Below are positions 28,914 through 40,703 of a stretch of DNA of 50,284 bases, piece by piece (the stretch's first letter is position 1; the number at the start of each line of letters is the position of its first letter). Origin of the DNA: Fonticula alba ATCC 38817 (taxonomy: Eukaryota > Protista > Nucleariida). The stretch lies in NCBI GenBank assembly GCA_000388065.2, contig KB932206.1. One strand, given 5' to 3'. The translations under genes were made by a program, and so were the position numbers. The notes under the pieces are model-generated. The model made no database searches. It was given only the letters and a program-made list of their open reading frames with translations, and was not told the origin of the DNA.

Positions 28914-29263
28914 NNNNNNNNNNNNNNNNNNNNNNNNNNNNNNNNNNNNNNNNNNNNNNNNNNNNNNNNNNNNNNNNNNNNNNNNNNNNNNNNNNNNNNN
29001 NNNNNNNNNNNNNNNNNNNNNNNNNNNNNNNNNNNNNNNNNNNNNNNNNNNNNNNNNNNAGCTGCTTTAAAGACGTGCTGGCGTGGTCCGGCTGCGCGTC
29101 GGCGCAGATCGCACACTTTAACGTCTAGCCCCTTGGCCCTTCTCCCCCCGCCCCCCGGCCCTTGCTCCCGCCCCTGCCTCAATCTCCACCCCTCTTGCCC
29201 CCCGCACCCTCTGCCCTCCTGCCCGAGCCCCGCCCCGCCCTCCCCTCCCCCCACTCCTCCCCA

Positions 29264-32068
29264 ATGAGCGCTCCGCCTCTGAACGTCAAGGCACACGTCG
29301 ATTTCATCGCCGCACTCGACAAGGTTCCTCCTGGCAGCCCTTCGCCCCGCTTCTCCGCCCCCCCCCCCCCCCCTCCCTCCTGCCTGCTCGCCTGGCGCGC
29401 GGCCCCGGCTGACTCCTCTTCCCTTCTCACATCCTTCGGTGACACAAGAAAAAGAATGACTATGAGTACTGGCTCACTGAGCAGGCTGTTCTGAACGGGA
29501 TCTACTGGGGCCTGACGGCGCTCTTCCTGCTGGGTGCCCCGGACACCTTGGTTCGCGAGGATGTCATTCAGTTTGTTGTCGACTGCTGGGACTCGAAGAC
29601 CGGTGCGCCCCCTGACCACAACCCCCTGCCACCGGCCCGCTCTCTCTCTCTCTCTCTCCCTGGTCAACACTCTCTCCTCACATATGCATACACATACATG
29701 CATGCATGTGTGACACTTTCCTCGCCCCACCCGAAGGAGGTTTCGCCGGCAACATCGGCCACGATGCGCACCTGCTGTATACCTTGAGTGCCATCCAGAT
29801 TCTGGCAACTTACGATGCTCTGGATCGGGTGGATACCGATCGCGTGGTTGAGTGTGCGAGATCTGCCCCCCTCCCCCGTTCCCCCGTTCCCCCGCTCCCC
29901 CGCTCCCCCGCTCCCCCGCTCCCCCCCCTTTCGCATGATGGCCCATGTCTGTCGGCCGCCCGTTCCCCCAGTCCCCCTGACTTGGCCCCGCCTCCGGTGC
30001 CTTTCCCGTGCTCCCCCCGACCCCGACGACCCATAACCGACTAGATGTGTGCTCGCTGCAGCTGCCGGGTGGTGCCTTCCAGGGAGATCGCTTCGGTGAG
30101 GTCGACTCGCGCTTCAGCTTCTGCGCCTTGGCCTGTCTCACTCTTTTGGGGAAACAGGACAGTTGCGATGTGCCGGCCGCTGTGGACTTCGTTGTCCGGT
30201 GCAAGAACTTTGACGGCGGCTTCGGCAGTGTCCCTGGCGCCGAGAGCCATGCTGGCCAGGGTGCGCTGCCGCTCGGCGTCACCTGCCCCTTCCCGCCCCC
30301 TCGCCCCCTCACCCGTGCTGATCATACCCTACCCCCACACACACACACACACACATACATACATACACACACGCATGGATACATGTGTATACATATGTCC
30401 AGACGCGCAATTGTGCTTGGCCGCATGCCGCGAGGGGGGCGGGCCGAGCGAGAACGCCGCAAACACAAATGCATGCATGCGCGCGCGCGCGCGCGCACCG
30501 AAGACACACAAGCCCCCCCCCCCCCCCCGGCGACCGGCGCCTGCCCGACTAACCTGCCGCTCGCCGTGCAACAGGAACCCTTCTCCATGATCAAGAATGA
30601 CGACATCACCGCGGCCCTCAGCGAGTTGGCTGGTTCGTATCCGGCCACGCTTCCATGCTGAGACACCTGGGGCAGGGGGAACATGCATTTGTGTGGGCAC
30701 TCGCACCGCGAAGGAGATCATGCTGACACATGCCCGCCTATCTTGTACACGCACGCACGCACGCACGCCCCTTCCACTGGCGCACGTGCGCCGACACATC
30801 CAGACCCCGTCAACCGCCCGGTACTCATCCATTGCAACAAGGGCCGGCAGCGGGTTGGCTGCGTGATTGGCTGTCTGCGCAAGAAGGCCAACTGGTCGCT
30901 GGCCTCGATCTACCACGAGTTTGAACGTCTATCCGGATCGATCAGCCCCTCGGACATGCGGGTAATCGAGCTCTTCCCCATCGAGGCACTCGGGTCCGAA
31001 GACGCGGCCATGGCAGCCGCACCGGGTGCCGGGTAGATGCAGGCGGCCCCTTCTCTCCCAGATGGCCTAGAGCACGTAACAATGTACCGAGGCACTCCGA
31101 GGAACGTATGCTGCCTCGATCCCGGCAGGGGGAGGGCCGAGGAGGCAGGGGGGGNNNNNNNNNNNNNNNNNNNNNNNNNNNNNNNNNNNNNNNNNNNNNN
31201 NNNNNNNNNNNNNNNNNNNNNNNNNNNNNNNNNNNNNNNNNNNNCCCCCCCTCCGCCCCCCGTATCGCCACAGTGTTCTGCTGCGTCGGCGCCTTGGCTC
31301 TCACCAACTCGATTGATAAGCACATCGACCGCGACCACCTGGGCTGGTGGCTGGCCGAGCGCCAGCTCCCGAACGGCGGTCTGAATGGCCGTCCGGAGAA
31401 GCTGGCAGATGCACGTCCCCCTTTGATGCTCCCCCTCCCTGCCTGTCCCTCCGCGCGTTTGGCGGCTCCCTTCCCCCATGCTGACACACGCGCACATGTA
31501 TGCACCTTCGTTCTTCGCATGCGCCGCCCCTGGCTTCCGCAGGTTTGCTATTCCTGGTGGTGCCTCAGCGCGCTGACCATCCTGGACCGGCTTCATTGGA
31601 TCTCGGCCGAGCCGCTGTCCAACTTCATCCTCAACGCCCAGGCCCTCGAGGACGACCAGTACTCGCGCGAGTCGGCCAACAAGCTGTCCGGCCAGGCGCT
31701 GGACGATGCGCAAGACCACGGCGGCATTGCCGATCGTCCGGGTGACCGGCCCGACGTCTTCCACACGCTTTTCGGGGTAGCCGGTGCGCGCACCTCTCGA
31801 GTCGCGGGCTGATGGGGGTTTCTTTCTTTGTTTCTTTCTCTTTTTTTTTTCGCTCCCCCAGCCCCGGACATTGGAACAGCTCATCACGCATTCCCGCTTG
31901 CCGGGTGACTTCCCCCTGACACTCTCCTTTTTCATGCGCACACGCGTGGGCACACACCTTTCAGGTCTTTCCCTGCTGAAGTATCCCGGCCTGGAGCCCG
32001 TGGACCCCCTCTTCTGCATGCCGCTCAAGGTGACCCAGCGCCTTGGCCTGGCCAAGGAGAAATACTGA
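29264..32068 (+). CDS. BET2: Rab geranylgeranyltransferase (GGTase II) beta subunit
   Basis: Exons 29264-29323, 29449-29602, 29737-29853, 30045-30260, 31274-31410, 31543-31783, 31965-32068. Motifs [48 protein letters not shown]|[20 protein letters not shown]|[21 protein letters not shown]. Confidence 0.95.
29873..29920. repeat. 8-bp tandem repeat (CCCCCGYT)x6 in BET2 intron 3
   Basis: cccccgtt x2 followed by cccccgct x4. Confidence 0.85.
30575..31036 (+). CDS. C-terminal half of a Siw14/Oca1-family (PFA-DSP) phosphatase, located inside intron 4 of the RabGGTase beta gene
   Basis: Exons 30575-30632 and 30804-31036 splice in phase to [19 protein letters not shown]|[45 protein letters not shown]. 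The CX5R loop is intact. The N-terminal half was not found in this window. Confidence 0.8.
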
Positions 32069-32720
32069 CGGGCATCCGGATGTATCCGGCACAGGCCCAG
32101 GCGGTGCTGCTCGCTGACAGGACCGGCGCCTGAAGTGGCCCCCTGTGTGCCGGGCTCCCCGGCTACTGACGTCCCCCACTTGGCTGGCGTATGCACACAT
32201 CAATACACATACATACACAGCGGCACGGCTGCACGCGAGGGACAGCCGATTCGAGACAGGGGGAGGATCGTTGGGTATATTGGATTGCTCTCGCGCGTGA
32301 CGCAGGCCCGCACATGCCGAGTCTGAGAGGAGGAAAGGATGATACGAACGGCAGGGGGACGCGGCAATCTCGCTGGGAGACGGTGGGAAATAGCAGAGAA
32401 GAGGAAGACCGGGGAGCGGGGGGGGGGGGGGGCCTGTCCGCCGGAAGAGCGGAGGAGGCGCCTACGCGGCGGGAAGGGGGCCATGCTTCATGCGGAAAGG
32501 GACATACACAGACACACGCGCACGCACGAACAAGGACTGAGCCGGCGTGAGCGCGGAGGTGCCCTGCCGGGGAGAGCAGGGGGCCGGAGACCCGATCAGC
32601 GATTGGAGAGCCGAGAGAGAGGGAGAGAGGAGCGGGTCCACCCAGGAAAGAGCAGACACGAGGAGACATGGACAGGGCACAAGGCAGGGAGAGGGGAGGG
32701 GCCGGTGCAACGGGCCCCTC

Positions 32721-35700
32721 TCAGGGGAAGAGGGGGAAGAGCTCAAAGAAGTGTGCCGGGAGGTGGCCCCCGACGCTGTGATGCAGCAGCCAACTCAGCT
32801 GCCGCAGCCCGATGGTTCCCTCCTCGATGTGGGTCCGAGGGAAACGGAAGGCCCCGGCACGGTCCAGCACGTACGCCTGGTACGCCTGGTCCGGGTGGTG
32901 AGGGTGGTGGTGATGATGATCGGCCGCCTCCGCCTGACCCATGCCGAGCAGATTGCCGAAGCTGCCGAAACTCCCGAAGGCCGAGAGGCTGGCATTGCGC
33001 GCCGGAGGGAAGGCCGCCGACGGCCCTGCGGACAGCATCGGCGTCTGCGGGGCCGGGCCCTGTCGCATGGACTCGTGCCGGTTGAGGATGCGGCTTCGGG
33101 CCAAATTCAAGCCCACATGCTGACTGGACGAGGCCACCAGGCCGGCCTGCTGGGAAATGATGGACAATGTTGAAAGGGCGCGCTTTGAGCCGGCAGGGAG
33201 CAAGGAGAAGAAGAGACCAGGAACGGGCGGCAGGGACGGAGGCGGAGGAGAAAGGCCGGCAGGGGCAAAAGCAGGCGGAGAGGGCAGGAGCGTGCGAGGG
33301 AGGCGTCAGGTATCGGCACAAGGCAAAAGCGACAGCAGGGTGCCCGGCCGGCCGGACCCGGCGCCTGGCAACACACCTGGAGCATGTCCCCGGCCGAGGA
33401 CTCGATCCAATGCAGGGGGAAGGAGAAGCGCTCCAAGACATGGGCCACATCGGACGGGATGACCGGCGGGCGCTTGAAGGTCACATCCGAGGCCGAGTAG
33501 GTCAGGCTACGCCGGCTGAGAGCGGTCAGCAGGGCAACACGCTCCTTCGAGCCCATGGCCTCGAAGGATTGCACGCTCTCGAGCTCGGTCAAGATGGAGG
33601 ATGTGAAGGCGTAGGCCTCGACAACCGGGGCGATGGACGCAGCCAGGAGCTGGGCATGGCGGAGGTTCTTGGACTGCCGGGGCAGGGGCAACCGGCGCAC
33701 ACAGGAACATTAGTTGGTGGAGCAGCAGGAGCAACAGTAGCGACAGGGCTTGGGGGGGGGGGGGGGNNNNNNNNNNGGAGGGAGGGGGCGCAGGTGCCGG
33801 GCCGAGGGCCTTTCAGTCTACTCGGCCACTGCGCGGCCCTCTCTGCCCGGCACGGGGCGGGGCCGGAGAACAGCGTGGGAGGGCCAGACAGGCTGATCGG
33901 GGTCTTGTGCCCCCCTGCCTGTCTGGCCTGCCTGTGCTTCCTTCCTCGGAAAAACTAGTCCACGCCCCGGGAAGAGCCGGCAAGGCGGGGAACCCGGGGG
34001 GGGGCGGCGGGCGGCGGGCGGCGGCAGACGGGGGCGCCCGTGCCGGGATGCGCCCGGCCCGGGGATGTTCTGGCGAATTCACGCTCTCCGGGGTCCTCGA
34101 AAGGTGGCTGGTTCGGCCGCGGGCAGCCTGCCAACGGAGTGGCCCGGCCCCAAAGGGGGATCAAATCGGGCCGCGATCGCGCACCGACCGGCCCGGGGGG
34201 ACAAGGTAGGCACACAAGCCAGACCCTCCCTGCCCTGCCTTGCCCTCTCGTTTCTGCGCCGTAGCTGCTGCATCTGCGCGCGTCTGTGTGTTCGTGTGTT
34301 CGTGTGTGTCTGTCTGCGTGTGTCTTGCCCGTGCACATCCCTCTTCGCGCCTCTCCCGTGCCNNNNNNNNNNGGGGGGGGGCATTCCGATGGCGGAGGAC
34401 GTACGAAGCTCAGGGTGAAGAGGACACGCGCCGGGCGGATGGCCGGCCCGGAAGTCAAGAGCGCGCCGCAAGTGGCGCACCCGCCATGGTCAACAACATG
34501 GGCCTCGAGGAGCCCCTCGCGCACGAGCCAGGCCAGCCCGCGAACCGTCCGCCGCCGGGCATACGAGGCCATGCCCACGAGCGAGGAATCGGCCCAGGCG
34601 CGCGACCCGCGCGAAGCCCACTGATCCAACGGGTCCGGGATGTCCAGCGAAAGGTCCGGCAAGTGCCGGGCCTTGGGATCTATCAGGCACGCCAGCATGG
34701 CCACCTCATCCAGCTGGCCGACCGGCTGCTGGCTGGAGCCGGCCCCGGGGCCGGTGACCGCCGGCAATGGGGCACAGCACTGGCCAGGCTGGAGGGTCGG
34801 GGCGCCGGGGGGGCCGGACGACATGGCGCCCCCCAGGGCAGCCATCCCGCCGGCTCCCGGGCCGAGAGCCGCAAAAACCGGCGACCCGCCAGAGGCACCA
34901 CCGCCCCCGGCACGAGAGGAAGCCCCCCGGCCGCTGAGGTGCACCGGCGAGCCGCCCGACGCGCCGGGGTCCCCCCCCGGCAGCGGTACCCCCACCGTGG
35001 GGGCGGTTTCATCCTCGTCGCACAGGAAGAACTCCCCGGCGAAGAGGGCCCGCACCAGCCGCGTGCGCTCCAGGATGTCCCGCGCCGAGAGGACCAGCCC
35101 ATCCGACCAGGACCACGGATCGCCCAGGGTCTCAAGCGGCCGGGCCGACGCGCCGGGCCCGGAGCCCATGTGCTTGCGCGGCGCCGAGGGGGCACACAGG
35201 GTCAGGGTAGCGGCAAAGGCCAGCGCCTCGGGCAGCAGCGCCTGCGACGCCTGGTTGGAATAGTAGCTGCGCGAGAAGCGCGCATCGTCGGACGGCAAGA
35301 CCGTCAACAGGGGCGCCGAGCAGCCGGCCACACTGGCGGCTGGCGAGGCCACGCGCGCGCGGAAGCGCGCCGCCGCCGTTGCCGCCGCCGCCGCGGTCGC
35401 CTTGGCGCCCTGGCCGCGTGCCACCGTGCCCAGCCCCTCGGCCAGGTCCAAGATCCCCAGAGACCCGGGACCCGCCACACTGAGGGCCGACAGGAATTGA
35501 GGTGGCGGCGGCGGCGGCGGCGGCGGCGATGGCGATGGCGATGGCGATGGCGATGGCGATGAAGGCGACGACGTCCCGGGCACCGGGGTCGGGCTGGTGG
35601 CACTGGCCCCGGCCGCCGTGACCGCGGCCGTGGGGAATTGCCCCCGGCGGCCATACTCCAACCCGAAGACCGGCTCCCCGCTGGTGAGGACCCCGCGCGA

Positions 35701-38455
35701 GAAGAGCACCTCCCGGACAAAGTGCCAACCATCCAGCAGGTCGGCCGCCGAGACGACCGCATCCACCCGGTGGCGGGCTGGGCTGGCCAAAATCCGAGCC
35801 AGGGCCTCGCCAAGGGCACCCCGGTGGAGGGGCGGCACCTCGGAGTCGGGCGTCGCCTCGGGGGGGGTACCTGTGCCGGTGACGCTGGCGCCGCCATTGC
35901 CAACGCCGCCGCCGCCGCCGCCGAGCGGCCCGAGGCCCCGGCGCAGGCACCAGTTCGGCCCGAGGAAGAAGGCATCCAGGGCCAGACAGAGAACCGGGAC
36001 ATCGGGCGCGGCGCAGGCATCCCGCGAGCGCTGCATCGCGTACATGGCCAATGCCTGGACATCGGACGAGTCCCACCCATCGATGGCCCGGCGGAGGGCA
36101 TGGTCATCGGCGGTGGCCCCGCCAGCCTTGTACAGCAGGCGCTGGGTGACAAAGTGCCGGGCGGAAATCGGCCGGCCGACGTCCATGTAGACACGCGCCC
36201 CGCGGCGCCCGCCGGGGCCGGAGCCCGATCCGCCGAAGAGCCCGCTGACCGCGGCCCAGGCCGCCGAGAGGAGGGACTCCGGCGTCTTCGGCAGCCCGGC
36301 ACGCTCACGCCCATAGGTGGCCGCATCCTCGGGGATGCTGTCATACGCCACGCCACAGGGCACACACACGACATCGCGAAGCACCGGCATGGGATCGGCC
36401 CGTGCAATGACCCCCGTCGGCACCGGATTGCTGGCGGACGCCGCCGCCAGGAAGGGGTCCAGCACGGCCGAAAAGAGCCCGATCTTGGGGGGCCCGATCA
36501 GGCGCCCGGTGCGCGACCGACCGCCCTCGAGGAAGATTTGCAGGTGCGACCCATTGGCCGCCGCCACGCGGACGTACGCCCGCAGCAGGGCACTGTTGAG
36601 GGTGTTGTCGCTGACCGGGACCCCCGGGTCATTGGCGCCGGTCAGGGCCCCGGGCACCGGCGTTGCCGGGGGGGCTGGCACCGGCGGCAAATGCGGCGCC
36701 TCGGCATCCGAGGCATCGGTGGCGCGAAGGACCGGAGACGGCCGGAAGGAGGGCAGGTTGACGGCCGTCACCGGCATGGCACCCGGGAGCATGGCCCCGG
36801 TGCTGGTGATGCCACCGCCGGGGGGCGTGTCCGCCGGGGGGGCGCCGGTGGTGGTGGTGGTGGTGGTGGTGGTGGTGGTGGTGGTGGTGGTGGTGGTGGT
36901 GGTCATGGTGGTGCTCGTCAGGGTCGGAGCCGCCACCGTCGCCGGGGGGGCGCCGGTGGTGGCCGTGGCCGCCGGCATGTCCGCCCCCCCGGGGGCTGGC
37001 TTCTTGGCCGGCTGGCCGGATTCCCCGACATTCCCCAGGCCGACGGTGCGCCGGCGGACGAAGAAAGCCCCAAGGGCCCGAGCATAGCGGCCCACAACCG
37101 GGAGGTTGAGATTGTCACCGGCCGCGATGTGGGGCAGGGCCAGGCCGGTGGCATAGCAGATCAATGACACGAGCAGATAGTCGGCGTGCGATTTGTCTGC
37201 CGGCCGGGGGGGGGGGGGGCATTTCGGGGCCGGGCAGAAGGTCAGTGGCAGGACGGCCGGCCCGGCCCGGCGCATGAGAGCCGAGGAGGTCGAGGCAGGA
37301 AGAGGCCGGGGAACAGGTGGGCGGGCGGGCGGGCGGGCGTGCGGGGGACAAGCGTACGTGTTGGCAGTAGCAGGATGCATGCGCCCTCCTCGTCCTGGAG
37401 GCGGCGAAGCTCCTGGAGCTGGTCCCAGTCAATGATGACCCCGCCAGGGAAGAGGGCCTCCAGGAGACGCATCAGCAGCGCGGAGGACAGCCGTGCCAGG
37501 GCCGGGAAATGCCGGGCGGAGATGCCACCGAGCGAGCGCCGGGCCCGCTGGAGGGCCGCCGCGTCGGCCGCCTGGGTGGCCGGATCGCCGGCATTGAGGG
37601 ACTCCACGCGCAGCGGGTCAAAGAGGGACGAGGCCCCAGCCACGACGCCGATATCCCGGCGGAAGACCGGCGAGGCGAGAATCATCGGATCCAGCGATGC
37701 CTGGAGCTGGGCCGGCGGCCGCGGCGCCAGGAGGCTGAAAAACAGGGGGGCCAGCATGGAGGGAGGCTGGCGGTAGACCAGAGGCCCACAGTGGCGATCC
37801 AGCAGGCCACGACCCTGGCACAGCTGGTGACCGGTGGCATGGCAAAAGCGATTCCCGGCATCGAGGCTCAATTGCAGCAGAGCATGTGTGTCCGATGGCA
37901 GCGCCGAGCCGGCACCGGGCGGCCCATGGCCGGGGTGCCCGGAATCCGAGGCCCGAAGGACCGGCGAGCCCGGGCCCGCGGGCGGGCTGGCAAAGAGCGC
38001 CGGACTGGCGGGCTGCACCCGCCACAGGGCCGGCAGGATGAACATGACCGCGCGCATGGACCGGTGCGGGAGCAGGCCGCGCGCAAGTTGCGAAGGCTCC
38101 GGCGGGGGGGAGGAGGGCAGGGCCACCTCGGGCAGATCGGCCACCGTGAAGGAAAAGGGCAGGGGGACATTCTCCTGCAGAGGGCCATGCGGGGAATCGG
38201 TCGACCCGCCCCCCGGCGCGTGGTGACCATACGCCGGGATCCGGGACAGCAGCGGCGAGTTTCGCCACGATGCGAGGTGGCTGTTGCGCACGGCGGCCTC
38301 CAGCGACTTGGGGGCCGCTCGCGGAGGGGAGAACCCCTCGGCCGGGTCGTCGGAGAAGAAGAAGGATCCGCGTGAGGCCGGGGCGGCGGCCGCCACCGCG
38401 GCCACCATCGATTGCGGCTGGGGATGGCCTGTCGGGTGGTGATCGTATCCGACCA

Positions 38456-38507
<52 letters not shown>

Positions 38508-39129
38508 GTGCTGGTGTTGCGGCTGCGGCTGCTGGTGTTGCCCAGGAGGGGATGACTCTTCGTCGGCGAGCTGCCGGGAGGGGAACCGCCGCTCGCCGAG
38601 CATCAAATCCTCGGCCAGGGAGTCCTCATCGCTGGAGGACATGAGCGGCTGCGTGGTGGGGGAATCGTCTGCGGGCGAGCCCGGGCACCAGGGAGCGGGG
38701 CTTGGGAGTGACTTTCCGGGAGGGGCGCTGGCCGCCAGTTCAGAAGGGGCCAGCCCCAGGGAGCTGAGAGGCATCAGAGGGGGGGGAGACGGGAGGGCGA
38801 GGGGAGACTCGGGGGATGGGGAATGCACGGGAGTGACAACACGATAAGGCGGCAAGGCGCGGCTCGTAGCTGTGACACAGGGGCGAGAGGGGGGGGGGGA
38901 GGATATGCGAACGACGAGGGGCGGAGGCGAGAAGGCGGGAGGAGGGGGGGGGGAACCAGCGCGTGCGTGCGAGGGGCTGAGGAAGAAGGGGGGGGCCGGG
39001 GGGGGCCGGGGGGGAGCCGGGGGGGCCTCCCCGCCACGCACCTGCCGGGAGAGCAAGCAAGGGGGGCGCCCTGCAGGAGCCGCACATGTGGAAACCCCAC
39101 GGTGTTGCGGGAGAGGAGGCCTCGACCAT
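32721..39129 (-). CDS. PlsB-type glycerol-3-phosphate / dihydroxyacetone-phosphate acyltransferase (GPAT/GNPAT-like), greatly expanded
   Basis: Motif I H|KSHADY is split by a phase-1 intron near 37197-37357. Also PHIAAGDNLNLP, motif II GAFFVRR, motif III FLEGGRSRTG and VPCGVAYD. Downstream exons 33673-33377 and ~33149-32721 are phase-consistent. The start (39129 or further upstream) is uncertain. Confidence 0.85.
36847..36903 (-). repeat. (ACC)n trinucleotide repeat encoding poly-Thr in the acyltransferase
   Basis: About 19 GGT units on the + strand, in frame in the GPAT exon. Confidence 0.9.
38455..38500 (-). repeat. (CAG)n repeat encoding poly-Gln in the acyltransferase N-terminus
   Basis: Run of ctg units on the + strand; translates to a QQQQ tract. 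Confidence 0.85.
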
Positions 39130-40662
39130 GCCCGGAACTGGTGCCAGACCTCGCCCCCCCCCCCCGGGCCAGGGTGTGGTATTTGCTCGCCTCTGTTTGT
39201 CCCCTCCACATGAGCCGAGCGAACGCGCGCTCCCAGGTGGTCCTCCCCGGGCGGTGGATGGGCAGCACCTGGCCCGGAGAGCTGAAATATATGACACACA
39301 CCTCGACACGTAGTCGGCGCTCCTCCCCCCCTTGGGGGTTCGCCTTATCCTCTCCGATGTCGGAACGTGGAGAGGCCCAGGCGGGAGACGGGCAGGGCGA
39401 CGGCGCGGAAGAGGGTGCGGGAGAGACGCATGCACACACACAAAAAGACACGGAGATAGGCGCGGAGGGAGATACAGAAGGCCCGGAGACACACCATGAG
39501 AGCGCGAGGCAGAGCGAGCAAGCGAGGGACAAGGCGCAAAGCGCAGAGATAGCGACACCCACCCACCGGGCGTGGGAGCGCCCCTCCTCCTCCGCCGAAC
39601 AGCAGGCACGCCGCGGGCCGGGGACGGCGGTGGATGGGCCGGCCCCGGGGTCTCCCCCCCCCCCCCCCAAACGCGTGTCCTGTGCGTGGATAGCCCAGGA
39701 CAGCCCTCGTGTGGCAGGCTGCGCGGGGCTGTGGCCGCCGATCGGCGCCCGCAGGGGCGCACATCTGCCAATCAGTGCCCGCCCGGGGTGGGTCATGCAG
39801 CGCCGAAAAAACAATAACGCCTGCGCGGTCTCCCCGCCGCTGCTGGCCCCGGCCGCCGTCGGCGTTGTCGCTGCCACCACCGCGGCCGCGCGACCCTGCG
39901 GCCACCTGGCGCACCGCAGGCCAGGGGGCAGCCCGGTCACACACGCCGTCCGGGGTGGAGTTTAGATCCGCCCACATCGCAAATCGCACGGAGCGCAGGG
40001 GGGACTGTGTGGGGGCGCGCGCCGGGGGACAACTGGGAGATCTTGCCCGAGGGAGATTGTCCAGCCGAAAACACCCCCCCCCTCCCGAGCCGCGTCGCCA
40101 CCAGCCCCCCGGCAGCCGCCGACGCGCGCGCATCAACAGGCCCTGTCCATGGCGGCCCGCGCGCAGGGGGCGGCCTCGTGGGGAGGACGCCGGAGACGCC
40201 ACCACAGCACACGGAGCAACAAAAGGGCCCGCGGGCCGGTGTGGGATGCTCCCGGCCGGCGGGCAAGCTTACAGGCCACATATGCACACACACGCTTGGC
40301 GCCGTGGAAGTACGAGCTCACGGGAGTTGTTCCGCGGAGGCTGATCGCCACGGCCCCCAGCCACCGGAGAGAAGGGCACGGCGGGGGAGGGGGGGAGGGG
40401 GGGGGGGCGGCCCCGAGCAAAGGGCCCACAACCTCGCCTCCCCCGCCCGCCAGCGCCAGTCGCTCGCCCCGGGGGGCCACCAGCCTCAAGGCATCACATC
40501 AAAGGGCCGTTCCGGGGCGAAGGGTTGTGGGCGCACCCCCGGCCCCGGCCCCGGCCCCGCCCTTGCACCCCCACCACCCCGGGGAGGGGGAGACGGGGGG
40601 GGGGGGGGGAGGGGTGGGCGCGCGCGCTGCAGCAACAGATAGGCGCGCCCGGCCGGCCGGCC

Positions 40663-40703
<41 letters not shown>

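Noticed and set aside
30045-31036. In-frame RabGGTase-phosphatase fusion protein
   Set aside because: The BET2 donor at 30260 is phase 1 and the phosphatase exon is phase 0; joining them hits a stop within about 9 codons.
34240-37167. Long plus-strand ORFs opposite the acyltransferase
   Set aside because: Shadow frames; the minus frame carries the catalytic motifs.
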